Shown here piece after piece: positions 1-10,105 of a DNA stretch of 64,000 nt (positions are counted from its first letter, which is position 1; each line of letters begins with the position of its first letter). The position numbers and the translations under genes were made by a program. This DNA comes from Alphaproteobacteria bacterium (lineage in GTDB: Bacteria; Pseudomonadota; Alphaproteobacteria; UBA828), in the NCBI GenBank assembly GCA_963422645.2, contig CAXXVO010000006.1, positions 224,001 through 288,000 of the forward strand, written 5' to 3'. The notes under the pieces are model-generated. The model was not told the origin of the DNA, did not search any database, and worked only from the letters and a program-made list of their open reading frames with translations.

Positions 1-873
1 AGCAAGCGCAAGGCGATGAGCTATGGGCGGATGTTGACCGAGGAGTCTCGGCTGAAGGAGGAGATTCAACGGCTGCTGGACCGAGCGGGCGCGGTCGATG
101 CCGAAGAGGATGAACGCTACGGTGATGAGGTGCGCGGTGATGAGTTGCCCGCGGAGCTCGAACGGCGCGAGAAACGCCTGGCGGCGATTCAGGAGGCGAA
201 GGCGCGGCTGGAAGCGGCGCAACGTGAGGCCGATGACGCGCGCGGGCGCGAGCCCGGCCAGGACCGCAATCGCAAAGGAGGCCGGCCGTACAAGCGCGCC
301 TACGGTGAGCCCGACCCCGGTGCGCAGAGCAACTTCACCGACCCCGAGAGCCAGATCATGAACACCTCCACCGAGGGGTTCCAGCAGTGCTACAACGCCC
401 AGACGGTGGTCGACGAGACGCATCAACTCATTGTCGCCACCGATGTCGATGCGAACGCCAGCGACCAGGGCCAGTTGCTCCCATTGCTCGATGGGGTGAG
501 CGAGACCTTCGATGTCGAGCCCGAGGTGGTGTTGGCCGACGCGGGCTACTGCAACGAGGCGGACTTGGTGGCGTTGGAGCAGTGCGGCATCGATGCTCAT
601 GTCGCGCTGGGGCGCGAGGGCAAGGCACGAGTGGCGGTGGACCCCGAGACGCGTCCGGCCACCCACCGCATGGGCGAGAAGCTGGCCAGTAAGACGGGCC
701 GGGCTCAATACGCCAAGCGCAAGTGGTTGTCCGAGGCACCGAACGGCTGGATCAAAGAGGTGCTGGGGTTCCGGCGGTTCAGCGTTCGGGGTGCGCACCA
801 AGTCCGAGGTGAATGGCATCTGGTGTGCCTGGCATTGAACATCAAGCGCATGGCGGGGCTGGCGGCATGTTGA
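1..873 (+). CDS. IS1182-family transposase, 5' part outside the window
   Basis: ORF 16..873 is open from the window edge; motifs ASKRKAMSY, NFTDPES, QCYNAQ, LADAGY, KRKWLSEAPNGWIK, GFRRFS. Confidence 0.85.
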   Translation, partial: SKRKAMSYGRMLTEESRLKEEIQRLLDRAGAVDAEEDERYGDEVRGDELPAELERREKRLAAIQEAKARLEAAQREADDARGREPGQDRNRKGGRPYKRAYGEPDPGAQSNFTDPESQIMNTSTEGFQQCYNAQTVVDETHQLIVATDVDANASDQGQLLPLLDGVSETFDVEPEVVLADAGYCNEADLVALEQCGIDAHVALGREGKARVAVDPETRPATHRMGEKLASKTGRAQYAKRKWLSEAPNGWIKEVLGFRRFSVRGAHQVRGEWHLVCLALNIKRMAGLAAC

Positions 874-1075
874 CGCAACCAATGGCGCTTCGCGGTGTCG
901 ACTGGCGGGGGTCGTTCGCCCCCGCAACGCGCTCTCTACGCCTTCGAGCGTTCCCGGCGCAGTTCCTCGGCTCCGGACCATGAAAAACCCCAATCACCGC
1001 GTTCGGTCAATCGGCCGACGTCACTACGGCCAAACGCCGTTTGCCCGACGCGAAAACTCCTGCGGCGCACGCTCC
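1..1075 (+). mobile_element. IS1182-family element (right part); right end ...CTGCGGCGCACGCTCC followed by TAG
   Basis: Transposase followed by an IR-like end abutting CTAG at 1075-1078; the left end is not in the window. Confidence 0.6.
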
Positions 1076-1078
1076 TAG

Positions 1079-2695
1079 CCCCAATTATTCACGGCGTGTC
1101 TGATTTTGGGGTGGCGGACGTAGCGTAAGCCGTTGCCATCGGGTAGGAATTCGTTGTCCGAGCGTCTTCCTCTCCGAACAACGAAAACGCCACGCCCGCC
1201 ATGACCGACGATAGCCTTCTCCCCTTCGATCTGCCAAGCGTCCAACGCAAGAAGGTGAGTGCCGCCTTCGATGGTGGCCTGATCTCGTCTGACGGCGGCC
1301 TCGTCCTGTTGCGCGGGGCGGAGCGCCGCTTGCGCCTCGCCGAGACCCTGGCAGGCTGCATCCGCGACCGGCGCAATCAGGCGCAGGTGGTCCACTCGCT
1401 CTCGGCCATGCTGCGCTTTCGCATGCTGGCGATCGCCTGCGGTTACGAGGATGCCGACGACTGCGACGCGCTCCGCACGGACCCCCTGTTCAAGCTCGCC
1501 GCGGGCCAGGCGCCGGAGAGCGGGGGCGCGCTCTGCTCGCAGCCGACCATGAGCCGCCTGGAGAACGCACCGTCCCGCATCGAGGTGGCGCGCATGACGG
1601 CGGCGCTGGTCGATCTCTTCTGCCGCTCCTTTCCCGCCCCTCCCGCCGCCATCACCCTGGATATCGACGACACCTGCGATGCCGTGCACGGCCACCAGCA
1701 GCTCTCGCTCTTCCACGCCCATTACGACACGCGCTGCTTTCTCCCCGTCCACGTCTACCATGTGGAGAGCGGCAAGCCGGTGGCGGTCCTCCTGCGCCCG
1801 GGAAAGACGCCGTCCGGGCCTGAGGTCCGCACCCTGCTGAAGCATCTGGTCCGCCGTATACGCCGCCACTGGCCCCGCACCCGGCTCACCTTCCGCGGAG
1901 ATTCCCACTACGGCCGCCCGCAGGCCATGGCCTGGTGCGAGGAGAACGGCGTCGACTACATCTTCGGCCTCGCGGGCAATCGCGCGCTGCATGCCCTCGC
2001 CTACGAGGTGGCCGACGACCTCAAGGTGCGCCGCGCCGAGGCCGGCGCAGACAGGATGCGCAGCTTCGCCGCCTTCGCCTACGCCGCCCGCTCCTGGGGC
2101 CGCGAACGCCGGGTCGTCGCCAGGCTAGAGGCGAGCACGCGCGGCTTCGACGCCCGCTATATCGTCACCTCGCTCAGCGGCGAGCCCCGCCATCTCTACG
2201 AAGTCCTCTACTGCGCCCGCGGCCAGGCCGAGAACCTGATCAAGCTGCACAAGGGCCAGCTCGCCTCGGACCGGACCTCTTGCCAAAGCCCGCTCGCCAA
2301 CCAGCTCAGGCTGGTCCTGCACACCGGCGCCTACTGGCTCATGCTCGCCCTGCGCGACGCCATTCCCCGTGCTGCGCCGCTCGCCCGCGCCGAGTTCGCC
2401 ACTCTCAGGCTGCGCCTGCTCAAGATCGGTGCCCGCGTCATCGAAAAGGCCGCCCGCATCCGTATCCACTTCTCCTCTGCCTGCCCGGACGCCGCCCTCT
2501 TCCGCCTGCTCGCAGGGCGCCTCGCAGCAGCAGGCCCCTGACCGCCGGGGCGCCGTGCCCCGTAAACCCGAACTCCCCCTCAACCCCCAACGCCTGTCAC
2601 AACAAAGCTCGAAACCGGATGCCTATGGCGTCAGGGGGAAAGCTCACGCCGTGCCATCGTGACCTCCAAAGGCAACGCAGGATGAATAGGTCAGG
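1079..2695 (+). mobile_element. Complete IS1380-family element
   Basis: Imperfect IRs CCccAatTATTCA / CCtgAccTATTCA; CTAG duplicated at 1075-1078 and 2696-2699. Confidence 0.9.
1201..2541 (+). CDS. IS1380-family transposase
   Basis: 446 aa; FDGGLISSDGG, SQPTMSRLEN, TLDIDDT, RGDSHYG, YCARGQAENLIK motifs. Confidence 0.93.
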   Translation: MTDDSLLPFDLPSVQRKKVSAAFDGGLISSDGGLVLLRGAERRLRLAETLAGCIRDRRNQAQVVHSLSAMLRFRMLAIACGYEDADDCDALRTDPLFKLAAGQAPESGGALCSQPTMSRLENAPSRIEVARMTAALVDLFCRSFPAPPAAITLDIDDTCDAVHGHQQLSLFHAHYDTRCFLPVHVYHVESGKPVAVLLRPGKTPSGPEVRTLLKHLVRRIRRHWPRTRLTFRGDSHYGRPQAMAWCEENGVDYIFGLAGNRALHALAYEVADDLKVRRAEAGADRMRSFAAFAYAARSWGRERRVVARLEASTRGFDARYIVTSLSGEPRHLYEVLYCARGQAENLIKLHKGQLASDRTSCQSPLANQLRLVLHTGAYWLMLALRDAIPRAAPLARAEFATLRLRLLKIGARVIEKAARIRIHFSSACPDAALFRLLAGRLAAAGP

Positions 2696-2745
2696 CTAGT
2701 ATCCTGATCGAGAAGTTCGTATGCATTTCGGGAAACCCCAACACG

Positions 2746-2835
2746 TCCTGGCCGGGCTTGTCCCGGCCATCCACGCGCTCGCCCAGCGTCCGACGGGTCT
2801 GGCTGAGCGAGATGCCCGGAACAAAGCCGGACTGA
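2746..2835. repeat. REP-like palindromic repeat (GTCnTGGCCGGGCTTGTCCCGGCCATCCAC...GATGCCCGG type)
   Basis: Hairpin TGGCCGGG-CTTGT-CCCGGCCA plus a degenerate partner; resembles a common alphaproteobacterial REP-like repeat. Confidence 0.6.
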
Positions 2836-2948
2836 ATTGCCCATCATTCCGATAACGCATTGTTATTATTCATGAAACAGCCTATCTTCCGAGAGCGCTA
2901 AAGCGGAAACGCAGAATCAGTAATCAAACCGAATGCGGATTTTTTCAA

Positions 2949-3116
2949 AAGGCTTATCCCCTTGGCTCCGGGAGCGCATGATGTTGCGTGCCTTCCCACT
3001 GCTGGAAGGCCCGGACAAGGCACGGACTGCGCTGTGATTTTCTGAGTCCGCCAGCTGAAACCGTTGCATTGCGTAGGTCAATATCTAGACGAACCGGAGG
3101 CAAGGGGATAAGCCTT
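2949..3116. mobile_element. 168-bp MITE, IS1595 family (ISSod11-like ends)
   Basis: 23-bp IR AAGGCTTATCCCCTTG(G/C)CTCCGG with 1 mismatch; near-perfect 8-bp TSD TTTTTCAA (2941-2948) / TTTGTCAA (3117-3124); no transposase. Confidence 0.8.
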
Positions 3117-3161
3117 TTTGTCAATACTGGGATCCTCGCTGACTGCGTTTGTCATCAGAAT

Positions 3162-5674
3162 CAGACTTCCTGACCTCGTGATGCTGGCTGTTCTGGGCAG
3201 CGTGCCGGGAACTCCTTGAATTCTGATACATTTCGGTTGTTTCAGGCGGTTTTTCGCTGGGTGTCGCGCCCGAGGTCTGATAGTATAATTTGATACCAAT
3301 TGCACGGGGTCTCAACCATGCCCAGTACCCTCCCAATGTGCCCTCCAGAGGCGGTCTCGATCGGCAACAGCTGCTTCGCCGTCCTGATCTCGGACGACAC
3401 CTTCACCTACTTTTCCAACCTCATTCCCTTTGACAGCCACGCCGCCGATGACCGCACGGCCATGCTCTTGCGGATCGGCCGCCTCGCGGCGATCAGCGCG
3501 GTCTCGCCGCAGGAACTGGCTGACGCTTTCGCTGTCTCGCGCGCGACGGTGCAGCGCGCACGACGGCGCTACCTGGCCGAGGGCGAAGCGGGGTTCATGA
3601 AGCCCCGGCGCGGTCGCGGGCCGTCGGTGTTCACTCCGGAGTTGGCGGAGAAGGCGACGGCGTTGCTGGCATCGGGCCTGAGCGGCTCTGCGGCGGCCCG
3701 GGTTCTCGGCGTGTCAGCGCCATCGGTCAACAAGTGGCGCCGTCAGGGACTGATCGGCAACACGGAGGCGGATGGGGAGCCCGGACGCTCAGCGCTGGCT
3801 GCGCCGCCTGACGCGGGTGCGGCTCCTGAAGGCCGTGTCGATGAAGAGAGTACCGGTGCCCCGGGGCCGGAGACGGCGCCGGGGCTGGAAGCGCAGCCGC
3901 AAACGGATCGCAGCGCGCGCGATCGGCGGGACCGGCAGGCGCCGATGGGGCGTGCGACTTGCGATGTTCCGGCTCGGGTTCTGGCCAGTTGTGGACAGGC
4001 GGGGCCGGTCGAACCGCAGTTCGCCGCCGCCGCCCGCGGTGTCCGCTTCGGCGGCGTGCTCGCCGCCCTGCCGGCCCTGCTGAAGGAAGGTCTTCTCTCC
4101 GAGACCGGTCTCCTGCCATTGCTGCCGAAGGGCTATTACGGCTTGCCTACGATCCTGCTCTTCCTGGCCTTCATGACCTTGGCGCGGGTGCGCAACCCCG
4201 AGAGCCTGCGCTACCAGGCGCCGGGCGAATGGGGCGCCATTCTCGGCCTCGATCGCTGCCCCGAGGTCAAGACGCTGCGCCGCAAGATCGCTCTCATCGC
4301 CGACGACGAGGCCGGCGTGCGGGCGTGGCAGCTCGCCCTTGCCAGGCGCTGGCAGGCCGACGAGCCGGAGCTCTGGGCGACGCTGGCCATCGACGGGCAC
4401 GTCAAGGTCTACTCCGGCCGCAAGGGGCGCTTGCCCAAGCACTTCGTCTCGCGCGAGAAGCTGTGCCTGCCGGCGAGCGCCAGCTACTGGATCAACGCTC
4501 TGGGCGGCAAGCCGCTGCTCTGTCTGCACAAGCCGCTGGACCCGAAGATGGTCGCGGCCATCGAAGCCGACGTGGTGCCGGCGCTGCAGGAGCTTGGGAT
4601 CGTTGGCGCCGGGGCGCCGGACCTGACCGCCGAGCATCCCGGCCAGCCGGCGCTCACCCTGGTCTTCGACCGCGAGGGCTGGAGCCCGGATCTGTTCCGC
4701 CGGCTGGCGAGGCGCGGCGTCGCCTGCCTGACCTGGCACAAGAACTTCAGGGGCGAGGACTGGCCGGCCGAGGACTTCGGCGCGATGACCGTTCCCATTC
4801 ACGGACCGGCGGCGGACGGCAGCGCCACCATGCGGCTGGCTGAGAAGCCGGTGACGTTGCCGAACGGCTTCAGGGTGCGCCAGATCCGCCGCCTGCTCGA
4901 CAACGGCCGTCAGGTGCCGCTGATCACCACCGATCCGCACAAGCCGATGGCTGAGGTTGCGGGCGCCATGTTCTCGCGCTGGTCGCAGGAGAACTTCTTC
5001 AAGTACATGCGTGACGAGTTCAATCTCGACGCCCTGCCGACCCACGAGCTCGAGCCTCTCGATCCCGCCGCCATGGTCGTCAACCCGCTGCGGCGGGCCT
5101 ATGACAAGGCAATCCATCGCCTCGACCGCCAGCTTGGCCGCCTGCGCAACCGCATCGCCGACACGGCCCGGAAGAAGCAGCCGACGGCGGAACTCAGGAG
5201 GGAAGTCAGGGACCTCCAGGATGTCCGCGACATCGTCAGGGCCAGCCGCAGGGAGACGCCCAAGCACTGCCGGGCCGGCGACCTCGACGAAGCCGAGCAG
5301 CTCGATGCCTTGCCCGCGCGCGAGCGCCTCCTCCTCGACGTCATCCGGATGATCGCCTACCGCGCCGAAACCCGCATGATGCTTCCCGTCATGCAGGCGC
5401 AGGGCCACAAGCCCCATCCCCGGAAACTGCTTCAAGCGCTGCTCACCGCCGATGCCGACATCCTGCCGGATCCTGGCAATGGCCTCCTGCGGGTCCACAT
5501 TCTTGGCCTCGCAAACGACGCCTGCGACCGTTGGATCGATGCGGTTCTGAGCGACCTGAACGCCACCGAAACGGTCTTCCCCGGCACCCGTCTGCGCATA
5601 GTCTACGACATCGACGGGGCCTCGGAATCCGCGCGGCTCGTGTCACCTAAAATCAGCAGAGGTCAGGAAGTCTG
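3162..5674 (+). mobile_element. Complete unclassified (ISNCY-type) IS, 2513 bp
   Basis: Perfect 16-bp IR CAGACTTCCTGACCTC; 5-bp TSD AGAAT at 3157-3161 and 5675-5679. Confidence 0.9.
3284..3289 (+). promoter_or_regulatory. Putative -10 box of the ISNCY transposase promoter
   Basis: Perfect TATAAT 28 nt upstream of ATG 3318; the -35 box is weak. Confidence 0.45.
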
Positions 5675-5675
5675 A
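3318..5675 (+). CDS. Large DDE transposase with N-terminal HTH domains (ISNCY-type)
   Basis: About 785 aa; HTH-like segments, LGLDRCPEVKTLRRK, IDGHVKVY, VFDREGWS, FSRWSQENFFKYM. Confidence 0.85.
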   Translation: MPSTLPMCPPEAVSIGNSCFAVLISDDTFTYFSNLIPFDSHAADDRTAMLLRIGRLAAISAVSPQELADAFAVSRATVQRARRRYLAEGEAGFMKPRRGRGPSVFTPELAEKATALLASGLSGSAAARVLGVSAPSVNKWRRQGLIGNTEADGEPGRSALAAPPDAGAAPEGRVDEESTGAPGPETAPGLEAQPQTDRSARDRRDRQAPMGRATCDVPARVLASCGQAGPVEPQFAAAARGVRFGGVLAALPALLKEGLLSETGLLPLLPKGYYGLPTILLFLAFMTLARVRNPESLRYQAPGEWGAILGLDRCPEVKTLRRKIALIADDEAGVRAWQLALARRWQADEPELWATLAIDGHVKVYSGRKGRLPKHFVSREKLCLPASASYWINALGGKPLLCLHKPLDPKMVAAIEADVVPALQELGIVGAGAPDLTAEHPGQPALTLVFDREGWSPDLFRRLARRGVACLTWHKNFRGEDWPAEDFGAMTVPIHGPAADGSATMRLAEKPVTLPNGFRVRQIRRLLDNGRQVPLITTDPHKPMAEVAGAMFSRWSQENFFKYMRDEFNLDALPTHELEPLDPAAMVVNPLRRAYDKAIHRLDRQLGRLRNRIADTARKKQPTAELRREVRDLQDVRDIVRASRRETPKHCRAGDLDEAEQLDALPARERLLLDVIRMIAYRAETRMMLPVMQAQGHKPHPRKLLQALLTADADILPDPGNGLLRVHILGLANDACDRWIDAVLSDLNATETVFPGTRLRIVYDIDGASESARLVSPKISRGQEV

Positions 5676-5690
5676 GAATACCATTTCAAG

Positions 5691-6751
5691 TGCGGAATCC
5701 GACGCACTTGACCGCCGTTTCCGATTTTACTTGACCGCGATTCCGACGACACTTGACCGCGCCGCGGGCGCGCCATCGCTCTGTCTCTCCCGGATGTGTT
5801 TGTGGCCCCCTCCCTTGGTGATTGCAGGGGGCTGGCCAGTGGCCAGCCCGAGCCGAGCGTATGCCGAGGCCCCTTAGCCGTGCAGAGGACCGGTGGGCGC
5901 GGCGGCAACCCCTCACATCAGGCATGCCGCCGCGCCCCTCCGCCCTCGCAGCCAGGAAGGCGCCGCAGGCGCCCATGGACCCCGGCCGTCAGGCCGGGGC
6001 TCTGTTGCCGTCGTCGCCGCCGTCGAGGGGCGGAAGCTTGTTGCGCTTGCGCTTCGACCCGCCCTCGAGGTCGATGCGATAGGCGTTGTGGACGATGCGA
6101 TCGAGGATGGCGTCCGCGATCGTTGGCTCCCCGATCACCTTCGGCCAGTGCTCTACGGGGATCTGACTGGCGACGAGGGTGGACCTCCACTCGTGGCGCT
6201 GCTCGACGATCTCCATCAGCTCGCGCCTGCCTTCGGTTGAGAAGTCCTGCAGCCCCCAGTCGTCGAGGACCAGGAGGTTGTACTTGACGAGGCGGCGCAT
6301 GAGCCGATCGTGACGCGCCGTGTCGCGGACCCGGGCGAGTTCTGCGATCAGCTCGGGGACGCGTCGATAGAGGACGGCCTGCTTCTGGCGGCAGGCCTGA
6401 TGGGCGAGGGCGCAGGCGACGAATGTCTTCCTCGATCCCGTTGCGCCGCAGATGATCAGATTGATGGCCTGCCGGATCCAGCCGCCGGCGGCGAGCTGGG
6501 TGAGCGTGGTGCGCGCGATGCCGCGTCCGGCGCTGCAGTCGATGTCCTGGATATCCGCCCGGACGCGCAGCTGGGCCTGTCGGAGATGACCGAGATAGCT
6601 GCGGTTGTCGCGGTGCTGGCACTCGCGCTCGAGCAGCATGGCGAGACGGTCGTCGAAGCCGAGCTGGTCGATGTCGGCGATATCGCGCTGCTCCTCCATG
6701 GCCTCGGCCATGCCGGAGAGGCCGAGCTGGAGCATGCGCTCGATATTGGGC
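5691..6751 (-). mobile_element. IS21-family remnant (right end plus istB)
   Basis: End TGCGGAATCCG with 3 tandem ACTTGACCGC motifs; cut at 6751 by another IS21 end. Confidence 0.8.
5989..6750 (-). pseudogene. istB: IS21 helper ATPase IstB, start lost, Walker A degenerate (GATGSRKT)
   Basis: LVLDDWG, IADAILDRIVHNAYRI; no istA upstream. Confidence 0.8.
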
Positions 6752-6782
6752 TGTCAATCGGCATTCAATATTGACCCCTGAC
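6752..6782. mobile_element. 31-bp IS21 terminal IR stub
   Basis: TGTCAATCGGCATTCAATATTGACCCC is nearly identical to the right end of the IS21 ending at 40934. Confidence 0.75.
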
Positions 6783-6810
6783 TGGAGTGGGCCCCTGGGG
6801 CCGGACAGTT

Positions 6811-7710
6811 TCATGCGGCCGATTTGACCGGCTTGCGGGACTGCTCCTCCTCGAAACGGTCGGGGCTCAGGTATCCGAGGGCGGAGTGTAGGCGTCTCTC
6901 GTTGTAGCTGTCGATGAAGCGGGGCAGGTGCTCCGCCACGTCTTCCGCGCTCTCGAGGGCCATGGGATAGACGCCCTCGACCTTCAGGGTCTTCATGAAG
7001 CTTTCCATCATGGCGTTGTCGTAGGGGTTGCCGCGCCGGCCCATCGAGCCGACCAGGCCGTGTTCGTCGAGCAGGGCCCGGTAGGCCTGGGCGGCGTATT
7101 GCGAGCCCCTGTCGGAGTGGTGGATGCAGCCGGGTGGCGGGTTGCGGCCCTCGATCGCCGTCGCCAGCGCCGCAAGGGTTAGCCGGGCATCGATCCGCCG
7201 GCCGAGGGCGTAGCCCACGATGCGCCGCGACCACGCATCCATGATCGCCGCCAGATAGACGAAGCCGCCCAGGATCGCGATGTAGGTCAGATCGGCGACC
7301 CAGAGCTGGTTCGGACCATCGACATCGCGCTCCCTGGAGCGGTCCGGGAAGACGGGCTCGTCGTGGTCGCTGTCGGTGGTGGCGACGAAGCGGCGCCGGC
7401 AGGGCGGATGCAGCGCGTGCTCGCGCATCAGGCGCTTGATCTTCTTGTGGTTCACCACCCAGCCGCGATGCCTCAGCGCCGCCTGCATGCGCCGCCAGCC
7501 GTAGGCTTCGAACTCATCCTTGATCGCGTGCATGGCCTCCACCAGCGCGGTGTCGTCTGCCGAGCCCTTGGGCTTGTCGTAGTAAGTAGAATGCGCGATC
7601 CCCATCAGTCGGCATCCTTCGGCGACGGAGAGGCCTTGGGGCCGGTGATGACGGACATGGGCGCGTTTCTCGGCCGGCGTCCTTGCCGCTGAGCCCCCTT
7701 TAGAAACTCG
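6811..7710 (-). CDS. IS3 OrfB (integrase-core DDE); 5' limit approximate, expressed by -1 frameshift
   Basis: WVADLTYI, HHSDRGSQY, DNAMMESFMKTLKVE, YNERRLHSALGY. Confidence 0.85.
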   Translation of the reverse strand, partial: RVSKGGSAARTPAEKRAHVRHHRPQGLSVAEGCRLMGIAHSTYYDKPKGSADDTALVEAMHAIKDEFEAYGWRRMQAALRHRGWVVNHKKIKRLMREHALHPPCRRRFVATTDSDHDEPVFPDRSRERDVDGPNQLWVADLTYIAILGGFVYLAAIMDAWSRRIVGYALGRRIDARLTLAALATAIEGRNPPPGCIHHSDRGSQYAAQAYRALLDEHGLVGSMGRRGNPYDNAMMESFMKTLKVEGVYPMALESAEDVAEHLPRFIDSYNERRLHSALGYLSPDRFEEEQSRKPVKSAA

Positions 7711-7958
7711 AGCTCCAGGGCCTGCTTGCCGACCAGGCGCTCGAGCGCCGCGATCCGGGCCTCGTATTCCTGGATCGTGTCGGCCGCCTCGGCGTCCTCG
7801 TCGAAGGCGCCGGCCTCGTACTTGTCCACCCAGATCCGGATCAGGGTGCGGGAGAGCTCGTGCCGACGGGCCAGGCCGTGCAGCGTCTCGCCGGCGAGAT
7901 ACTCCTGAACGACCTGGCGCTTGAACGCGATGCCGTGGGTGCGGTGGGTTCGGTGCTT
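7605..7958 (-). pseudogene. IS3 OrfA (HTH), start codon removed
   Basis: KHRTHRTHGIAFKRQVVQEYLAGETLHGLARRH...LERLVGKQALELEFLKG. Confidence 0.75.
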
Positions 7959-8069
7959 TGTGGAAACGGCGGTGCGAAATTAGTCCACGGTAGCGGCGGG
8001 ATTGTCTCGCAGCGGGCGGAGCAAGACTCTGCCAGATAGGCCCTTCCCGGCGACGGGGAGGGCGGGGGC

Positions 8070-9440
8070 ATGCATACCGTGGAACTTTATCGGAAGGTCC
8101 GTCTCGCGTGTCGGGACGGGATGAGTGAGCGGGCTGCGGCGCGTCATTTCGGGATTTCACGCGAGAGCGTGAAGAAGATGCTGCAGTTTTCGGCGCCGCC
8201 GGGCTATCGGCGGACGGCGCCGCTTCGGCGTCCGAAGCTGGACGGGTTCATCGAGATCATCGACGGGTGGCTGCGGGACGATCTGGAGCAGCTGCCCAAG
8301 CAGCGGCACACGGCGAAGCGCATTTTCGACCGTCTTCGGGCCGAGCACGGGTTCAGCGGCGGCTACACGATTGTGAAGGATCATGTGCGCGAGCATCGGC
8401 GCCGGCGGCGAGAGATGTTCGTGCCGCTGATCCATCCGCCGGGGCATGGGCAGGCGGACTTCGGCGAGGCGCGGGCGGTGATCGGGGGTATCGCGCGCAA
8501 GGCGCACTTCTTCGTGTTCGATCTTCCGCACAGCGACGCCTGCTACGTGCGGGCCTACCCTGCGGCGACGGCCGAGGCGTGGATGGACGGGCATGTGCAT
8601 GCCTTCGCCTTCTTCGGCGGGGTTCCCCGATCGGTTCTCTACGACAACGACCGCTGCCTGGTGTCGCGCATCCTGGCCCGGCGCAACTTCATGGTGCCGC
8701 TGCCACGGTTTGCGAGCTGGGAAGAGTTCAACCTGCGGCTCGAGGAGCAATGCCACAGCCGCCAGGGCGATATCCTGCGCGGACACCGCGAGACCATCGG
8801 AGAGCGCCTGGCGCGGGATGTGGCGGCCATGGCCGCGCCGCCGGCTACGCCCTTCGAGGCCTGTGACCAGGCTCCCGGCCAGGTCAGCTCGCAGTCTCTG
8901 GTTCGCTATCGGACCAACGACTACTCGGTGCCGGTGGCCTATGGCCATCGTGACGTCTGGGTACGCGGTTACGTCGATCGAGTGGTGATCGGCTGTGGCG
9001 GAGACGTCATCGCCCGCCATCCCCGGTCCTATGAGCGTGAGGACATGATCTTCGAGCCGATCCACTATCTGCCCCTGATCGAGCAGAAGATCGGCGCCCT
9101 GGACCAGGTAGCGCCGCTCGCCGGATGGGACCTGCCGCCCGCCTTCCAGACCCTGCGCCGCCTGATGGAGGCACGCGCGCTCAAGGCGGGGCGGCGGGAG
9201 TACGTGCAGGTCCTGCGGCTGCTGGAGAGCTTCGGGCTGGAGGATCTCCACGCCGCAGTGAAGGATGCCCTGCGCCTGGGCGCCATAGGCTTCGACGCGG
9301 TCAAGCACCTGGTGCTGTGCCGCCTCGAGAAGCGCCCGCCGAAGCTCGACCTCGATGTCTACCCCTATCTGCCGAAGGCTACCGTCGGCAGGACCTCGGC
9401 GGCCAGCTACATGTGCCTGCTGTCGGAGGACGCGGCATGA
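8070..9440 (+). pseudogene. istA: IS21 transposase IstA with an in-frame internal deletion near 8675
   Basis: QADFG and YDND are present, but DNDRCLVSRIL joins ARRNFMVP directly; the KGxVE catalytic segment (about 40 aa) is missing. Confidence 0.8.
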
Positions 9441-10105
9441 CGGACACGCCCCACATCCTGCTGGCGCACCGCCTCAAGGCCCTGAAGCTGCCGACCTTCC
9501 TGCGCCAATACGAGAAAGTGGCGCACCAGTGCGCGGCCGAGGGCCTGGATCATATCCAGTTCCTGGCCCGGCTGGCGGAGCTGGAGTTGATCGAGCGCGA
9601 AGGGCGCATGGTCGAGCGGCGCATCAAGGCGGCGAAGTTCCCGCTCGCCAAGAGCCTCGACAGCTTCGACTTCAAGGCCATGCCCGCGCTGAACAAGCCG
9701 CGGGTGCTGGAGTTGGCGCGCTGCGAATGGATCGAGCGGCGCGAGAACGTCATCGCCCTCGGCCCATCGGGCACCGGCAAGAGCCATGTCGCCCTGGGGC
9801 TCGGACTGGCCGCCTGCCAGAAGGGGCTGAGCGTGCGCTTCATCACCGCAGCGGCGCTGGTGCATGAGCTCATGGAGGCGCGTGACGAACGACGACTGCT
9901 GCGGCTGCAGAAGCAGCTGGCAAGCCTCAAGCTGTTGATCATCGACGAGGTCGGCTTCGTCCCGCTATCGAAGACAGGCGCCGAGTTGCTGTTCGAGCTG
10001 GTCTCCCAGCGCTACGAACGGGGCGCCACCCTGATCACCTCCAACCTCCCCTTCGACGAATGGACCGAGACCTTTGGCTCCGAGCGCCTCACCGGGGCGC
10101 TCCTC
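9437..10105 (+). pseudogene. istB: IstB, C-terminally truncated and fused in frame to an amidohydrolase tail
   Basis: GPSGTGKSH, LIIDEVGF, TSNLPF, RLTGALL, then the sequence switches. Confidence 0.85.

Larger units (their letters stand above)
6783..7958 (-). mobile_element. IS3-family element, left end truncated by IS21
   Basis: Overlapping orfA/orfB; right end ...GGGGCCCACTCCA at 6783. Confidence 0.85.
7959..10105 (+). mobile_element. IS21-family element, right end deleted
   Basis: Left end TGTGGAAACGGCGG; istA-istB with ATGA overlap; istB runs into an unrelated gene. Confidence 0.8.
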
